A stretch of DNA of 64,000 nucleotides, from contig ADNK01000772.1 of NCBI GenBank assembly GCA_000320545.1, positions 1 to 64,000 of the forward strand, read 5' to 3'. Position numbers and translations under genes: made by a program. Numbering within the stretch: position 1 is the stretch's first letter; every line of letters begins with the position of its first letter. Shown here piece by piece: positions 14,235-29,591 of this stretch. Source of the stretch: Bigelowiella natans CCMP2755 (lineage: Eukaryota; Protista; Cercozoa). A model generated the notes under the pieces. The model was not told where the DNA came from, did not search any database, and was given only the letters and a program-made list of their open reading frames with translations.

Positions 14235-15129
14235 ATAATAGTAGTGATGACAACAACAACAACTATGATAATAATCACGCTAGCAATAAAACGTGTGCTG
14301 TCCAGATAAGAATAGAATAATGATAATAGTAGCAAATCACGAGAATCACCTCATTATCCTGATCCTCATCATAATCTCTCAGTACTACCCTCTGGCCTTG
14401 GTGTGCGCGATGTTGTTCGCATCAATCAATAGAGTGTATCAATGCTTCGGTCGGTGGTCACCAACTCAGTACAAACAAACAACATGCTCACCATTGACAA
14501 CATCATCACCGTCGTCATCGTCTCCCTCCGCCTCAGCATCGTAAATTATAACATCGTATCTATCGAAATCTGCGCCATTTACCTGTCCACAGGTGAGCCG
14601 CTCTTTATACTGAGCGCTTTGCAAGTAGCCACGGAGTCTCTCCAAGGCGCCTTCGATTGCATACCGTACTACTAATCCTAGCAGCATTATGTTGATCGAG
14701 AACGTAGTAGCAAATATAGAGACTAATCGTCGACAGCGTCAGTCCAAATTAGAAATTCTTACAAAACATCAAGCCAATTTGATACCACAATTTAGATTCT
14801 TCCTGACTCCCGACGTCAGACGAAAGATGTACAGGTGGTGTCTTTTCTCCCCCCCCCCCCCCCCCCCTCCTCCTCCCCTTGTCGTCGTTTTTTGCAGTCG
14901 TCACGTTTCTCCGACGAGGGGGAAGTAATAGTCCTTCCATTGTTATCATCCCTTCTGACTACAAATATGGTGTTGTATTTTCCACTGCTGTCCCACCAGC
15001 TGTGTAATTGGGTGCACGGACTTGGAGCAAGAAGAGCAGGAAAGAGAGACCGAAAGTTCTAGTTTTACCAATTACATCGATCATTCGAGTAGTGATAATT
15101 CGAAGTCTAATATGGTCCATGTACTTTAA
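11212..15129 (+). CDS. GCR1/cAMP-receptor-like seven-transmembrane GPCR
   Basis: Exons KRFSQKLIILIAANDL, CQLQAYTQ, YFGLTSMLWSCSTAFTMH, GAWCWVQ, FYIWIW, YYPLALVCAMLFASINRVYQ, LQGAFDCI and TPDVRRK match the GCR1/Dicty_CAR motif order. One early exon phase is unresolved and the 3' end is approximate. Confidence 0.8.
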
Positions 15130-15785
15130 ATCACGAATGCTTCGACCGTACCAAATGCTTCATGTGATAAGGACGCATTGATATGTGCAAAATGACTGAA
15201 TAGCGGCTCACCCACTAGCTGGGATGAACACTATACTCTATAGCCTCTTACTAGTCTTATGCACTACGAACGCATATGATTGACATCTTGAATTAATATC
15301 GCAGCAAAAAATGATTATTCCGTGTTTGTATTTTATAGCATGCATTGATCAAATTGCGACAAAATGTAACAATGACAACAACAGAGCAACGCACATGAAT
15401 AAGAGTCTCGGCTTCACTCCCCTGTTGTCCCGGATCACTAGAGACAGGTTCAAGCTGTCTAGTGTTGCTACATCGTGGATACGCTGCATCATGGGTGTTG
15501 CGGCAACATTGGCAACTTCAAACTTTCAAGAGGATTGTGCACTGCAGACGCGCAGCGTGCAACGCCATCGAAGATGTGGATCATTCGGTTTCTTGCCCAT
15601 TGCACACCACACATCAACGCCGCTTGAGGAATCAGCTCACTGCCATGGTGATGCGCGACGACGAAACGAAAAGATCGACTTGCGATGGGAGGAAATACGC
15701 ACTGCTGTGCTGTGCGAAATGCGCGACATTCAAGACCGAAACAACATGCATTTGATTGCATGAAACACATCATAGCGGAGACCAA

Positions 15786-15867
15786 CAGATTCAACATTAG
15801 CGCTGTAGCCGCTGCATTGCACAGCTACATGAAGATGACCATTGATCAAATTTGATTTGATTTGCAT
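15786..15867. repeat. Dispersed ~85-bp repeat, copy 1 (copy 2 at 35481-35571)
   Basis: cagattcaac..tagcgctgtagccgctgcattgcac..agctacatga.gatgac.attga.caaat.tgatttgatt is shared between the two sites. Confidence 0.8.
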
Positions 15868-16400
15868 GTTACATCGGCTATCCCTTTTACAACATGCCAG
15901 GGTAACATTGCATCACGCGTGCATAGATAAACATATGAGACGGATGTAATGAAGAATTAAATTTAGATAAACATATAGTCAGTCTTGCTGGACGAATAGC
16001 TTCACAAATGAAGAGTCTTATTGGCTTCACTAATTTAAGGTATTGTGGCCGCCAAAAAAAGCGCGAGCTAGCTAGCGGGGTAGCAGCGTTGAGCTATCTT
16101 GTGCATTTTAAAGACAGGTGCTGCGCTGCTAGAATCTACGTTGTAACTTTTTTCCATTTGATTAAGGTTAATGTATAAGTCGTTCTTACGCATGTCATGC
16201 GCTCGTCTGCTGGCTGGATCAAATTATGGTGCTTCGTCATGTAGCACTGCTGCTCCGCCTATATTCATCATGCACCACGAAGGATGGCAGGTATGAACGT
16301 ATTGGGCATCCAACGAGCGCGCTCATAAGCTACATCATGTTATGTAAAGCACAAGTGAACTGCAAGTTGGTGCTTTTCCAATAAATTACCAGAAATTCTC

Positions 16401-16942
16401 TCAGCGCTGCTTACCACCATCGTTTGGAAGAGGGTGGAATTCCTCACCGCATTCGCCTAAGAGAGGGAGCAAGCTAGAGCTGCGAGACAAGATCTTGCCA
16501 ATCGCCAGCATGTCAGCCTCATCAAGGGAAAATCCAAGCAGTTGTTCGTGAAACCGCCTTTTCTCTTGAACCGCCTCCTCTGTAGTCCTCACCCATTTGC
16601 GCTCCGATACGATCTGGCAGGAAGAAAGAATAGGGGAGACGAGAACATCATGCGAATTGTTGAGCTGTAAGAACCCGCAGACATCATCATCATCATCATC
16701 ATCATGAAACACGAACAGCTGATAACTACCATACTGTAACGGCTGTGCTATACTACGTCTGGCTTATGATGACGGACCTCAACGTGCCGGTTTTCCCCAG
16801 GCTTATAGTGCTGTTTGTGCTTGTGCATGTTGATGAGCTTTGGTCTATTAAACTCATCAGAGCTCTCATGAACGGGGTCCTTGGGCGTCCCCAGCACCGG
16901 GTCGTCACGGTAGTCTGTCTCATCCGAACCGCTGCCTGTGTG

Positions 16943-16981
<39 letters not shown>

Positions 16982-17026
16982 GTCATCTTTAGCCTTATTA
17001 TGTCAATGGGGTGGCTGGTAGTAGGG

Positions 17027-17057
<31 letters not shown>

Positions 17058-17361
17058 GTGATAAAGGGGAATGGCAGCCATAAGGTAGTGATCGAGGATG
17101 CCAGGCAAGCAGTAGCACATACTTCCGTCCATGCCTCCCATCCGGCCTTGCAGCTTAAGTTCTTTGACACGGGCGAGGACATCAAGCGCCGTCTGCGATG
17201 CATTCTTGACCTTTGTCGTAGGATGTTTCACGCGTGTGTCGATGCCGGGGACGCCCAGCCCCAGTCGGAAGAAGTGTCGATGTATTGCCTCGTTATCGTC
17301 AATGACACCTTTCCGGAGAAAGAAGTTGGAATTTAAAATTAAACACACACACACACACACT

Positions 17362-17407
<46 letters not shown>

Positions 17408-17409
17408 AG

Positions 17410-17444
<35 letters not shown>

Positions 17445-17491
17445 TGGGTCCATGACAAAGATATAAAAATATCAACCTGCCATCAGCTACG

Positions 17492-17526
<35 letters not shown>

Positions 17527-18289
17527 ATTAGTTTGCACTATTACCAGATACGGCCGGCTGTTGCATGACCCAGCGCATTGCTACCATAGAAATGCTGACT
17601 CTATGCTTATTTCCTATCATTCTTAGCGTGGAGAGCAGCTCCTGGAAAAGCTCCCAGGTCCCCCATTGCTCTATCACCTCGTGGTACTTTCCTAGAGAGA
17701 CAGCGTCAGGGTCGGTTCTAGTGCTACCCGGTTTATCGCGGTGAAGAAAGTGATCCGAAAGCAACCCGCCCGCGAGACACCCGTAGGCCTGAGAATGTCG
17801 TTAGTAACGTCATTTGATGACGAGTATGTGGTGAACCAGAAATCCTTTTTGCTAGTCTCAGCCCCTATCCCCCCCCCCCCTGACATTACAATCAACCCAA
17901 AGTTACAGGCACCTGGATCGTTAGGCCGTGTTTGAGGCAATAGGCTGTCATCTTGCCCCCTGCCCGTGTGTCTAGTAAGGAATACTGCACTGTGACTGAC
18001 TTGACGGTGGTAGAAGCAACCCTGCTGCCCTTGTCCTTGTTCTTCTTCTTGCTCAGGACGAGCGAATCCATTACGCGCTTCACTTCCGCCGGCGGGAAGT
18101 TGGCGAGGGATATGTGATTCGAGATGCGCAATCGCGAGAGTTGTCGTATCAAATCGATGTGCCTACGTGTGGAGGACATGTCACCGTGTTGCTCGAAGGA
18201 TGGTATTTAGACCACGACGACGGCGGCGGCGATGATACTATGGTGGTGGTGTTCATGGTGATAGTCATGTAGTAAGGTTTTTACTTAGA

Positions 18290-18328
<39 letters not shown>

Positions 18329-20301
18329 GAAATGGTTGCACGCCGATGATAATGTTCATCGTCCCTCACCGCGAGTCCAAGAAGTCTAGCCAATGAAATC
18401 GAAGCACTCCGATCCGCTTAAGATTCAGGGCCGCCATGCGCTCGTTAAAGCTTTCCGTTATCGCCGCTATATCCAGATCGAAGGGAATATAAAGGAAAGT
18501 GGAAAGACAGGGCATGGTCAATTGCTCGAGCTGAGCGGCCTCCGCCCCTCGCAGCATGGAAGGATCAATAGGCAGGGCAACATATCTGTGAGAGGGGGGG
18601 GGGGGGGAGTAAAGAAAGGTGGAGGGTATTATTGGGAGAAACATGAAGGTTATAGAACGACTGCTGTATGCCTGCTGCTGCATCATCAAAATAATCGGAT
18701 ACAACAACAACAATAACAGCAACAAAGCTTGTGTATGCTGTTACAACAGTGGGTGATAGATTCTCACGAGAGTTTGTGTAAAGGGGGTGGGTTTGGGCCA
18801 GCTCCAGGGAGGATCTAGGAGTAGTATGAGGACGAAATTAGGAACAAGTCCCAAAAACTATAGATGATTTCGAACAAGTATAGAAAGTGATGAAAGCATT
18901 CATCACGCTGCCATCACTCTTATCCTCCTCCTCCTCCACCTCCTCCTCTCTTTATCCTCATCATAATCATCATCGTAATCATCATGGGTGAGCAAGTTAT
19001 TTGCAGTGTCTTATCATTCGTCAGATGACCGGGATGGGCGTTGCAGTGTGAAGCATGAGCCTGATCTTGGACATCTCATTTGGCCAATATCCCGTGCCTG
19101 GAACATCAAATTTCCACAGGCCCGTATGGAAGCTCGACTTGCCGCGAATCAATCTCAAAACCTTCTCCCCTTCGCTACGACTCATCCTCTCTGATGATGG
19201 AGATAATGTAAAATTGAGAAGGGAGTTGAAGGAAGGATTGGATTTGTTGAATTTCTTTCAATCCCAACCTTCACTAACGATGACCCTTCCCCCCCCCTCC
19301 AGAAACCAACCACTACGCACCGTAAGAATTGCCAGGATCCTCGATTTCGTATGGTGGGGGTGGTTCCTGATTGAGAAGATGCAGCGATATATCATTATCA
19401 TCATCATCATCATCATCATCATCATTGTTGTTGTTGTTGTTGTTGTCTCCAAGTGAGCAGCTGATATATATTGCTGTACACGATCACATCCCATCATCAT
19501 CATCATCACTGAACATTCCATACAAACATTAGCCATTCGCTTGAACATGTAGATAAGAGGGGATGAGTTAACAGGGCACAACTACTCACACAATCATTGC
19601 CACCACCTGCTGTTTGGTCCCCAAATTTCCTTCTCCTCCCCCCTCACCGTCGACGCCGGATACGGACATGTCATCGTCGTCTGCACAGACCGACATGGAA
19701 GATGCATGTGTTGTTTGCGCGAAAGAATGCGACTCGTGCGACTTCGATGCCCGCACCATTTCTTGCATCAACTGATAAGATTAGAAAGTACAGACGAGCA
19801 GCAGTTCGTTGAGAACGCCCTTCGTCATCGCCGCGATCGAGTCTTTCTATCAAGTTTCATCATCGTGCTGTATTCATGATTAACACTGCAACGAACTATA
19901 ACATGCTCATGCCGCCTGTCGATCGACGCATTATGCGTATCCATACATAACACACACACACACAAAGATATCGCTGTATTTTGTTACCTCCGAGAGCTCT
20001 TCCCTGTCAGGTAATTCCATTGCCTTCGCAGATCGACATCCAACCAACGCCATTAGCCCCCATGTACAGGCTCCTACGTGCACAAAACCCACCCACGACC
20101 TTCAGGAACTTCGTTCTCTCGTATTTCGATGGGTAACAAGGTTCTAGTGATGAGAATGGTGATACCGACGGCGATCTTCATCGGCGACGGCAGGGGCGCT
20201 GCGAGAAGCGCATTCATTTCACTGTTGTCCCTCGAGCTGCTGTAGTTAATCGTGAAAATTCCGAAGAGAGTTAAGGCCACCACGCAGAGGCGAGCGGCCA
20301 T
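16401..20301 (-). CDS. Aldo/keto reductase-family protein with a predicted plastid-type presequence and an internal insertion
   Basis: LRFHWLDF, ISLANF, VQYSLLDTR, AYGCLAGGLLSDHFL, SLGKYHEVIEQWGTWELFQELL..VAMRWVMQQP and FSLDEADM...GECGEEF. N-terminus MAARLCVVALTLFGIF...LLAAPLP. Confidence 0.8.
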
Positions 20302-20885
20302 GCAACGTCGCCTTCCCCTTCGGCGCAGGTCTAGATAGGCAAAGAGTTATCATGCTCTCGTGTTGTTCAAGTTGGAAATAATAATTATATTAACAGGCGT
20401 GAGAACAGACAGACAGCAACATGGTCTAAGCTTACCATGACAAACTAAGGGCCGCAGCTCCATGCGACAGGAGGCACTTTCGCTAATGTGTAGTAGTGCA
20501 GGAGCAAAATATGATCGGCATCGAGAAGGACAACTGAATTCCAGGGGGGGGAGACGGCAGGGCCCTGTAAGTTATTTAATGCACTCGTGGGAACAATCCT
20601 GAAGCCCCTCAGCAAGCAGCAGGTTCTAATGTAGATATAATTCTATGCGGAAAACATCCTATAATTGCACGTGCAATAAGTCAACCCTAAATGAAACAGC
20701 GGAATAATCAATCAAAATGCTCGATCTGTGAATCAACCGACTCCGTTCGCCCACCCCGGAAACTTCGGAACGAAGACCAGCATCGCCGAGAGCTTTATCA
20801 TTATGGTGCGCGACTTGAAAGAATAAATCAATCTTCGCAATATCTCCATCCATTTCTGTAATAATCGAAATCCAATTGGCTTCCG

Positions 20886-23764
20886 ATGATCTTAAATTCC
20901 GAAATCGGCAACCATCGCACGCCGCCGGGAACAGGCCTGTCTACCCGGGCGGTGATGAATCACCCTCGACCATGCTGGAGGTCATGGCCGCCTCTCTTAG
21001 TGTCCCTAGCGTTGATCTTATACAGTAGCTTCACGTTTGAGGGGCAGAGAGGGAGGAGGGGGGCCGGAAGCTGGCTTGGACAAGATTTCGGAAGAAAGCC
21101 GTATTATTGCAACGCGAACAGAGCCTACAAATCACCGTTTGGCATGGTAGTTTATACGCAAAATTACGACCTCTTCCCTTCCTTTTCTTCCTCTCTTCTT
21201 CACCACCACCACCTCCTCCTCCTCCTCCTCCTCCTCCTCCTCCTCCTCCTCCTCCTCCTCCTCTTCCCGACATCATACTACCTTATCATTCAAGGCCTTC
21301 CACTCTGAAGGCAGTGCTACGAAGCGCAAGATTTCGTCTCATTATCGATTATGAAGTTGTGAAGGAGGATATTACGCCGTGTACATGTATAGCTATGGCT
21401 CATAAGTGTCTGGTTTTAAACTAAAGGTGGCAAACGGGCGATCTATCAGGCCGAAGGCTTTCAGTCTACTTCGCCATCATGAATCACGTCGCATGGTCAT
21501 CAGAGCTATGGAAAACGAAGAGGATATATTCAGGAAGTTGGCCGAGCAAGGGTTTTTCCACCCCCATTTCCATTACAACGTGTAACACAGTAAATTATTA
21601 TTAGTTTTGATTTCGTAGATTTCAACATCGATCCTCATGAGTATGTACGCCTCCATGTCTCCCCCTATACCCCCCCGCCTAATATATTTTCTTCTCTTGT
21701 TGTTCTTCTCCTTTTCATCGCTAGAGTCTCACCGGATATATTTAAGGAGGTACGCCTTGTGTATGGAGGATGTAAAGATCCAATCGATTTGCGTAAACGA
21801 GGCACAGCAGCCATTATCACCCGTTCTCCTCCCTTGTCATGCACCATTCAACCCCCCCCCCCCCCCCACTCCATCATCATCATCATCATCATCGCCCGCG
21901 ACCAATCAGGAACTCGACAGGCAACTAAACCGTAGTAATCCAGAAGTGAAACGAGTAATTCTAGTTCTTGTTGTAGTTGTTGCAGTAGTGGTAGTAGTAT
22001 TAGTATTAGTGTTTGTAGTAAAAGTAGCCGCAAATCTTTTTTGTCTACTAATTGGCATACACGCTGTAACGTAATAACGTCATGTCCAGACAACAAACAC
22101 ACATAGACACAGAGCCATTTCCATCATCCCCACCCTCACTGATCAGGCTTTCGAGGAGATGGAACGACAAAATAATAAACGAGCAAAGGAGAGGTGGGAG
22201 GACTTCGAGATGAATCCGGTAGTAGTGGTGGTAGTAGAATTCGTAGTAGCAGTATCAGCAGCAGCAGCAGCAGCAGTATCATAACCAGCAGCACGCATCG
22301 GTAGTGCATTCGAGGGGGAGAGATAGATGGAGGATAGGGTAAGGAAAAAAGTGAATAGTAAAAACACGAGACGAGAAGAGCTTTTTTACGATGATTATGC
22401 ACTTATACCATGGCAGGACGACGATGTTGCTATGACGCACATGAAAACTCTACGGAAATTCGGCTCACGATCGACCTTTACACCAAGCAATCACGTCAAC
22501 TCACAGAGCGAAGGTGAAGCTATTACCACCACCACCACCAGCAGCAGCAGCGGCGGCGGCAGCGGCGGTGGCTATATGATGACGGGGGGGGCGTAATCGC
22601 ATTAATGTCCGTTGATGAAAAAGTCATACACGGTGTATTGTGACGTAGGATGATGATGATGAGGATGATGATGATGATGATAGTGATAGTGATAGTGATG
22701 ACGATCATTCTTCTTCTTATTATTATACATTGCACGTACGATATAGGTAAGGAGCTTAGGGTCGGTGACCGCATGCTTTGCCATGTAGACGGTCGGTGGC
22801 TCGATGTTGAAATCATCAACATTGCCACCACGAAGTGCGCAGTTAGGTGGATCGAGGAGTCTGAGAAAGAGGTATTATTCATGATCCATCGTCGATGATT
22901 CGAAGCCTTCTTCCTCTCAACGGTGTATTATCTAGCACAAAAAGATAGAGGAAGCAGGAGCGGTATTATCCACGAACAAACGACCACACTTTTGCCACAA
23001 CAGGATATCCAACCTCTCCTCCCCCTCCTCCCCCTCTACTGCTACTTACTGCTATGAATCACAGGGCTGCGACGTGGTGTCAACGGTCCTGCTGCAACAC
23101 CTGCACCGACAAGAAGAAAGAGGAGGAGGAGGAGGAGGCGGCAGCACGGGGAATGAAGAAGAACCCCGTGATAAACATCACCAGCAGCAGCAGCAACAAC
23201 AACAGCAAGAGGAAGGACCAACAGCCAAGTGGACCGAACTACCGGAAGAACTTTTGAGGTTTTTGAGTTTGAAGAGAGGAATCAGGCTACCGACTAATAT
23301 TCAGGTGATGATGATGAGGAGGATGATGGTGGTGGTGGTGATGATGATGATGATAAGAGCATGCATGATCGTGTGCTTTAGTTGTTTGACAGTAATAAGC
23401 ATTCACGTATTATAATCTCATCATCATCATCATCATTATCATCATTAAAACGAGTGCCAACCGCCCCGTTCTCTCCTCATCTATTATTCTTCTTCTTCTT
23501 GTTGTTGTTGGTAGGATCTTTCATATGGACGGATAAGAGCCGGAGAGAACGTGATATGCGTGGATCAGGTAGCAAGGGATTTAGTATTGGGGAGAAGTGT
23601 GAGGAAGGGAACAGATTGAAAGAAAGTCAGCAAGAATAACTGCAAAAGGAGATGATGATAATGACAATGATGATGATGATGATGATAACGATAATGATGA
23701 TGATGATAAAATTTGGTTCTCTCTTCCTCACCACTCGACCTCATCTTCAAAACACACATAAACA

Positions 23765-23819
<55 letters not shown>

Positions 23820-23958
23820 GCATCATAATATATGGGTTGGTTGGTTGGTTGCTTTATTAGAGTGGCAGCGGGAAGACACTTGCCTACATGCTTCCTTTGA
23901 TCGCACGCCTCAGGGAGGACCGCGTGAGGAATAAGGGTACTGCTACTACTACTAGTAG

Positions 23959-23992
<34 letters not shown>

Positions 23993-24245
23993 AAGACAAC
24001 CATCATAACAACGGTAGCCATTCATTCGCAGGCAGCACACTGATGCATACCTGTCTTTTGTGTGGCTATTCACAATTATCCCTGTACATAATAATAATAA
24101 TAATAATCATCATCATCATCATCATCGTGTAGGTGCCATCGGTGGACCCCGTATGCTCATCATTGCACCAACCGTCGAGCTCGCTCAGCAAATTGTTCGT
24201 GTAAGTAAACAACAAGTACACGTCTTAGCACACACACACACACAC

Positions 24246-24285
<40 letters not shown>

Positions 24286-24445
24286 CATGCACAGTGCGGT
24301 ATTGCTATGGGTAGTTATTTATTAGTGACGAAGGCCAACACAACATGCTACTGCTGCTGCTGCTGCTGCTACTCAGGTGTGCCAAGAGTTATATGATGCA
24401 GGATCTGGCCTGGCTGTTCGCGAAGCTACGAATGTGGTAATATAA

Positions 24446-24487
<42 letters not shown>

Positions 24488-25311
24488 TTCTCTAAATAAA
24501 ATAACAACAGCAAGCCGTCACCGATAAGTATAGACTCACCCCACCACCCAATCAATCAGCTAATCAAATCCTTCAAATCGCACGCTGGCGCTCACAACCA
24601 CACGGACGCGACGTGTTCTTCTTCTTCTTCTTCTTCCTCTTCCTCTTCCTCTTCGTGTTGTTGTTGTTCCTGTTTCTGCTACACGTAGGAAGGGATCAGG
24701 AAGAAGGAATTGGCCGATGAAGTATCTTCTCCAGACGCAGATGTTGATATCTTCGTGGCGACTCCGAGATGTGTGCCAGCACTGCAGGTGGGTGATGATG
24801 ATGATGATGATGATGATGATGACATTTCATGCTGAATTTACTGATTGTATGGTTACTTCCTTCCATCGTAGCTACTACTACTACTACAACTACTACTACT
24901 ACTACTACTACTACTACTGTTACTGCTGTCAGTACTGCTGCTAGTAACATCTGGTGTTCGTGGCTGCTGCTGGTACTATGGTTGTTGTGCATCATCATGA
25001 ATAACATACATCTAGGATATGGGTCTTTTGCGTGATATCCGATGCGTGGTAAGAAGACGAAGAAGAAGAAGAAGAAGAAGAAGAAGATGAAGATTTATGT
25101 CACTAGTTGTTTTCGATTATTCGGTGTGAGTAGTGATAAGTGTCATTCTTTAGATAATTCAATACGGGGGTTAGTTATTTACGTGTCCACCACCACCACC
25201 ATTGGTGATGACGATGACGATGACGATGACGATGATGATAGTGCTGATGCAATCCCCCTCGTAGTAAGGAATGAGGGCGGGCTAGAGTCACTAATGCGTA
25301 TGCTGATTGCC

Positions 25312-25352
<41 letters not shown>

Positions 25353-25529
25353 CCCTTCTGTCTCTCCAAAACTGTGAAACACCGCCAAGTATTATATATT
25401 GAAGGAAATATGAACAAGAGATGGATGTTGCAGGTACTGGATGAAGCCGATCAGTTCTTCATCGATTTCGCAACGATGGTTGATTTTGACCTGGAGATGG
25501 AGTTCTTGGTAGTATCACCTAGAGTAGTG

Positions 25530-25560
<31 letters not shown>

Positions 25561-25927
25561 CTCCCACTACCTACTTGCAGCAGTAGCAGTAGTAGGTAGG
25601 AGCAGTAGATGTGCAATGAAAGGAATAAGAAGAAGAATAAGAAGAGGAAGGAGGAGGAGGCTCAGAAACCGCCTCCAGTGATAAACAAGCAGCGACGATG
25701 CTGCTTCATGTTGGAAAACTAGCTGATATCACCAACAGATTCGAGGACATCATGATTCATGATGCTGCTGCGCTTTATCTCTCACCCATCTACCTACCCT
25801 ACCCTCTACCTACCTACCTTCAGGCCAAGCTGGAGAGAGAGGCGGTGCAGCAGATCCACGTCACGGCAACAATTCCCAATGAGGTGATGATTAGATATGT
25901 CGATCGGAGTAATCGCGATGAGGACGA

Positions 25928-25961
<34 letters not shown>

Positions 25962-26354
25962 GCCATTGCTGTTCTCGCTCATTGCTCTTTCATGATGGCG
26001 CAGTCAAGCAGCAAAACAAATCTGCTGCTACTCCTACTATTATTATTATTACTACTACTACTACTACTACTGCTATTTAGGTGAGGAGAAGGATCGAGCT
26101 ATATGCACCAAATGCTACTCTTATACAGGGACCAGGTACTACGAAGTGAGGGGCACACACCACACACAACAACGCATTATTTCATTACACGTGTGCGTGT
26201 GTGTGGGGGGGGGGGGGGGGGAGGTGGAGGCGGGAAGGGGGGCATTATTCATCCGAGATGCACCGCACATGATGACCGCTGCTCACTTATTATTCGCAGA
26301 TCTCCATCGTCCACCATCCAACCTCGACGTTCGCATTGCCGACACATCTGGGTG

Positions 26355-26393
<39 letters not shown>

Positions 26394-26892
26394 CTTCTTC
26401 TTCTTCTTCCTATTTTATGTAGCAGTGCTAGTGTGTGAGCTTCCTTATCGTTGCTTTAGTCCGCATCATCCATCACTGTAATATTTTTGTATATATATAT
26501 ATATATATATATATAATATCCAACGTCCATGATCAGGGCCAATGGGTACCCTGTGGATGTGTACCGTGTACTGAGGAAGAACCCTTGTAAATGGACGATT
26601 TGCTTCATCGATGATGTAACATATAACAGGACTACTGTGTATCAAATGATATTCTTACATGTGCGTGTGGTGTGTGTGTGTGTGTGTTTGGGCGGTAGCA
26701 TGTACTGTATACACACACACACACACACTAATACATATCTTCTCAAATTTAGTTGGTCGTGGCAAACGACACCTACACACAGCTGCAAAATGCTTTGAAG
26801 GTACTGATAGCGCATCATCATCATCATCCCCCCTTAACCAACACTACCTCTCTGCTCGGTGCTCGGTTAGAAGAGGTAGGAATGGTGCGCGC

Positions 26893-26935
<43 letters not shown>

Positions 26936-27306
26936 ATAATGAATATACAACTACCACATGAAACCTCGCGTTGTTTAACATAATCAAGGGTTGGCGTGTG
27001 CTAAGCTTCTACACGGACGACTCCCATCCCTTCTTGTCGCAGCGCAACCTAGCATGTACCAACAACAATACCCTCTTCCGTTAATCAGCATTCTAGCAGT
27101 GAAGAAATGATTACGCGCGCGCGCACACACACACACACACAAACATACCACTTGCTATATTTTCTATATAATATTATTGCATTTTCTTCCTGCTTATCGT
27201 AAAATTCTCTACCGTGATTTATAGTAGGTGGGAGTTAGTAATGACGTGTAATGAGACTATTTTTCTTCTTCTTACTCTCCTTTTTATTCCTCTTCTTCCT
27301 CCCCCT

Positions 27307-27379
<73 letters not shown>

Positions 27380-28153
27380 TGTTGTGTTGCTGCTATTGTT
27401 GATGCAGTATTCGCTCAAGAGTCACGCGTTCCAACTGTCCTAATTGCGACGGGCTATTGCTCTCTCGGCATTGACTTCAAAGGTAGAAGTAGGAAGAACA
27501 AGGCACAGCAACATAATAATTAATATGTCATCATCATCATCGTCGTCATTAATGTACTCTTCGTTAATACTTGCTTACTACTACTGCTTCTTCTTCCTCG
27601 TTGTTTGCACCAACCGCAACCGTTTGAAAAGGCGTACCGGTGGACCACGTCATCCTCTGTGGTTTACCCGACGATAATTTGTCCCTTTTGCGCAAGATAG
27701 GGAGAACAGCCAGAAGAGGTACCGCTTGCTGTGCCTGTAGCAACCCATAGAAGAGGAGAAGAAGAAGAAGAACATATGATTGTACACCGCACACAAGCAT
27801 TCTCTTTCTCCTCCCCCTCCTCCTTTTTTTAATGTTTTCCTCCTCCTCCTCCTCCTCCTCCTCCTCCTCCTCCTTCTCCCTGCCTCCTTGCCTGCAGGAC
27901 GAAAGGGCCGTGTTACACTCCTCACTACCCGCCAGGAGCGCACAAAGGTTTCCATCTTAATTTGGTGATTATTCTTTGAATGTATTATTCGTGTTTTTTG
28001 TGCGCGTCCCACGCATGCTTTCTAATAGGAGGCAGGCAGGGTTGAGCTAGGGGGAGATATTATCAAAAGGATGATGATGATGATGATGATGATGATATAC
28101 TACTGGTAGATGATACCAAAGAACGACAATATTGTGATACTGAGTAGTCCATT

Positions 28154-28185
<32 letters not shown>

Positions 28186-29043
28186 TATCATTGTTATCTA
28201 TCGCCTTGCCTGTCGCTCGTGTATCTGCTCAGGCAAATAGGCTCATGAGTAAGCTTACAAGTGGATCCACCATTACGCCGCTCTTCGTCGATGGAAGGGC
28301 CCTCTTGGAGGTGCTGCTGCCGACGATGATCAGAATATGATTCTTAATGTTGTTGCTGTTGGTGTTGTTGTTGTACTACTTTCCTTCGTCTCTTTCTCTT
28401 CTTCTAGCTCTCCCCCCCCCCCTCCCCCCCTCCTCTCTCTCTCTATCTCTCGGTTTAGTCTTCAAGTCAGTCTTCCTGTGATTCCCGATTGCTGTTATCG
28501 TTGCTGTTGTCGTTGTTGATGATGATGATGATGATGATGCACCCTTCCGTGGACAATATTATTGTCTTATTATCAGGGGATTGGGGAAGACGACCTGCAG
28601 GAATTACTAGAGGTGACGCTTAGAATGCATACTGCTACTTTCGAATCTCTATTCTATCAGTCATAGCGTTGTTGCCTTCCTTTCTTTGTGCCTCCTCCTT
28701 TTATCACCTACCCTCCCCCCTCCCCTTAACTCACCACCTCTCATCAGTTTGCAAATGGCGTCTATGGAAACAACAACGATGATGGAAAATCTGCGGAGGA
28801 CCACCACCAGCAGCAGCAGCAGAAGAAGAAGAAGAAGAGAACCCATAGCGCCACGGAGGAACGAGACGAAGAAGAAAAAGAGCGAATCCAGTAGGAGCAC
28901 AAGGGGGCAGCCTCTTTCGTTGTATCATCATCATCATCATCAACATCATCATCATCGCACCATGTTGCATCTTCATGACCATTGCTCAGCTTTTATTACG
29001 AAGACGATAGTGCATGGCATACTATTCACACAAACAAACACAC

Positions 29044-29078
<35 letters not shown>

Positions 29079-29555
29079 GCGCGAGCGCACACACTATCTA
29101 TATTTTATGTTGTGAATACGACGACACAGAGAGCAAGCTGGGAGACATCTACAGGGCATTCAGCAGGTGAGCAGGAGAACGGATGATCCTGTCGTCGCTC
29201 CACCTAACTACTGCAGCACACACATATCGATGCTCTATTATTTTCTCCCCATCTCACACACATTCATCAAGATAACAAGGATATGACAAGATGTTAAAGA
29301 GACGACGACGAGGAATCTAATATGAGAGAGAGTGAAGTTGAGGAAGTATGAAAGGAGTGCTTGTATAGTCTGCTTTTGAATTGGTGATGGAGGAAGCCTT
29401 TCTTCCTCCTTCCGTCCTCATCCCGATCTCATCATTATCCTTTCGTGTATAGTTGATAAGCTCCTGCCGAGAATGATGCGTTTCTTTCAGACTCTTCTCG
29501 GAGGGTACGAGGTGGTATTTAATCAGTCGATCGTCGTAGCTCCAAAGGTGGTAAA

Positions 29556-29591
<36 letters not shown>

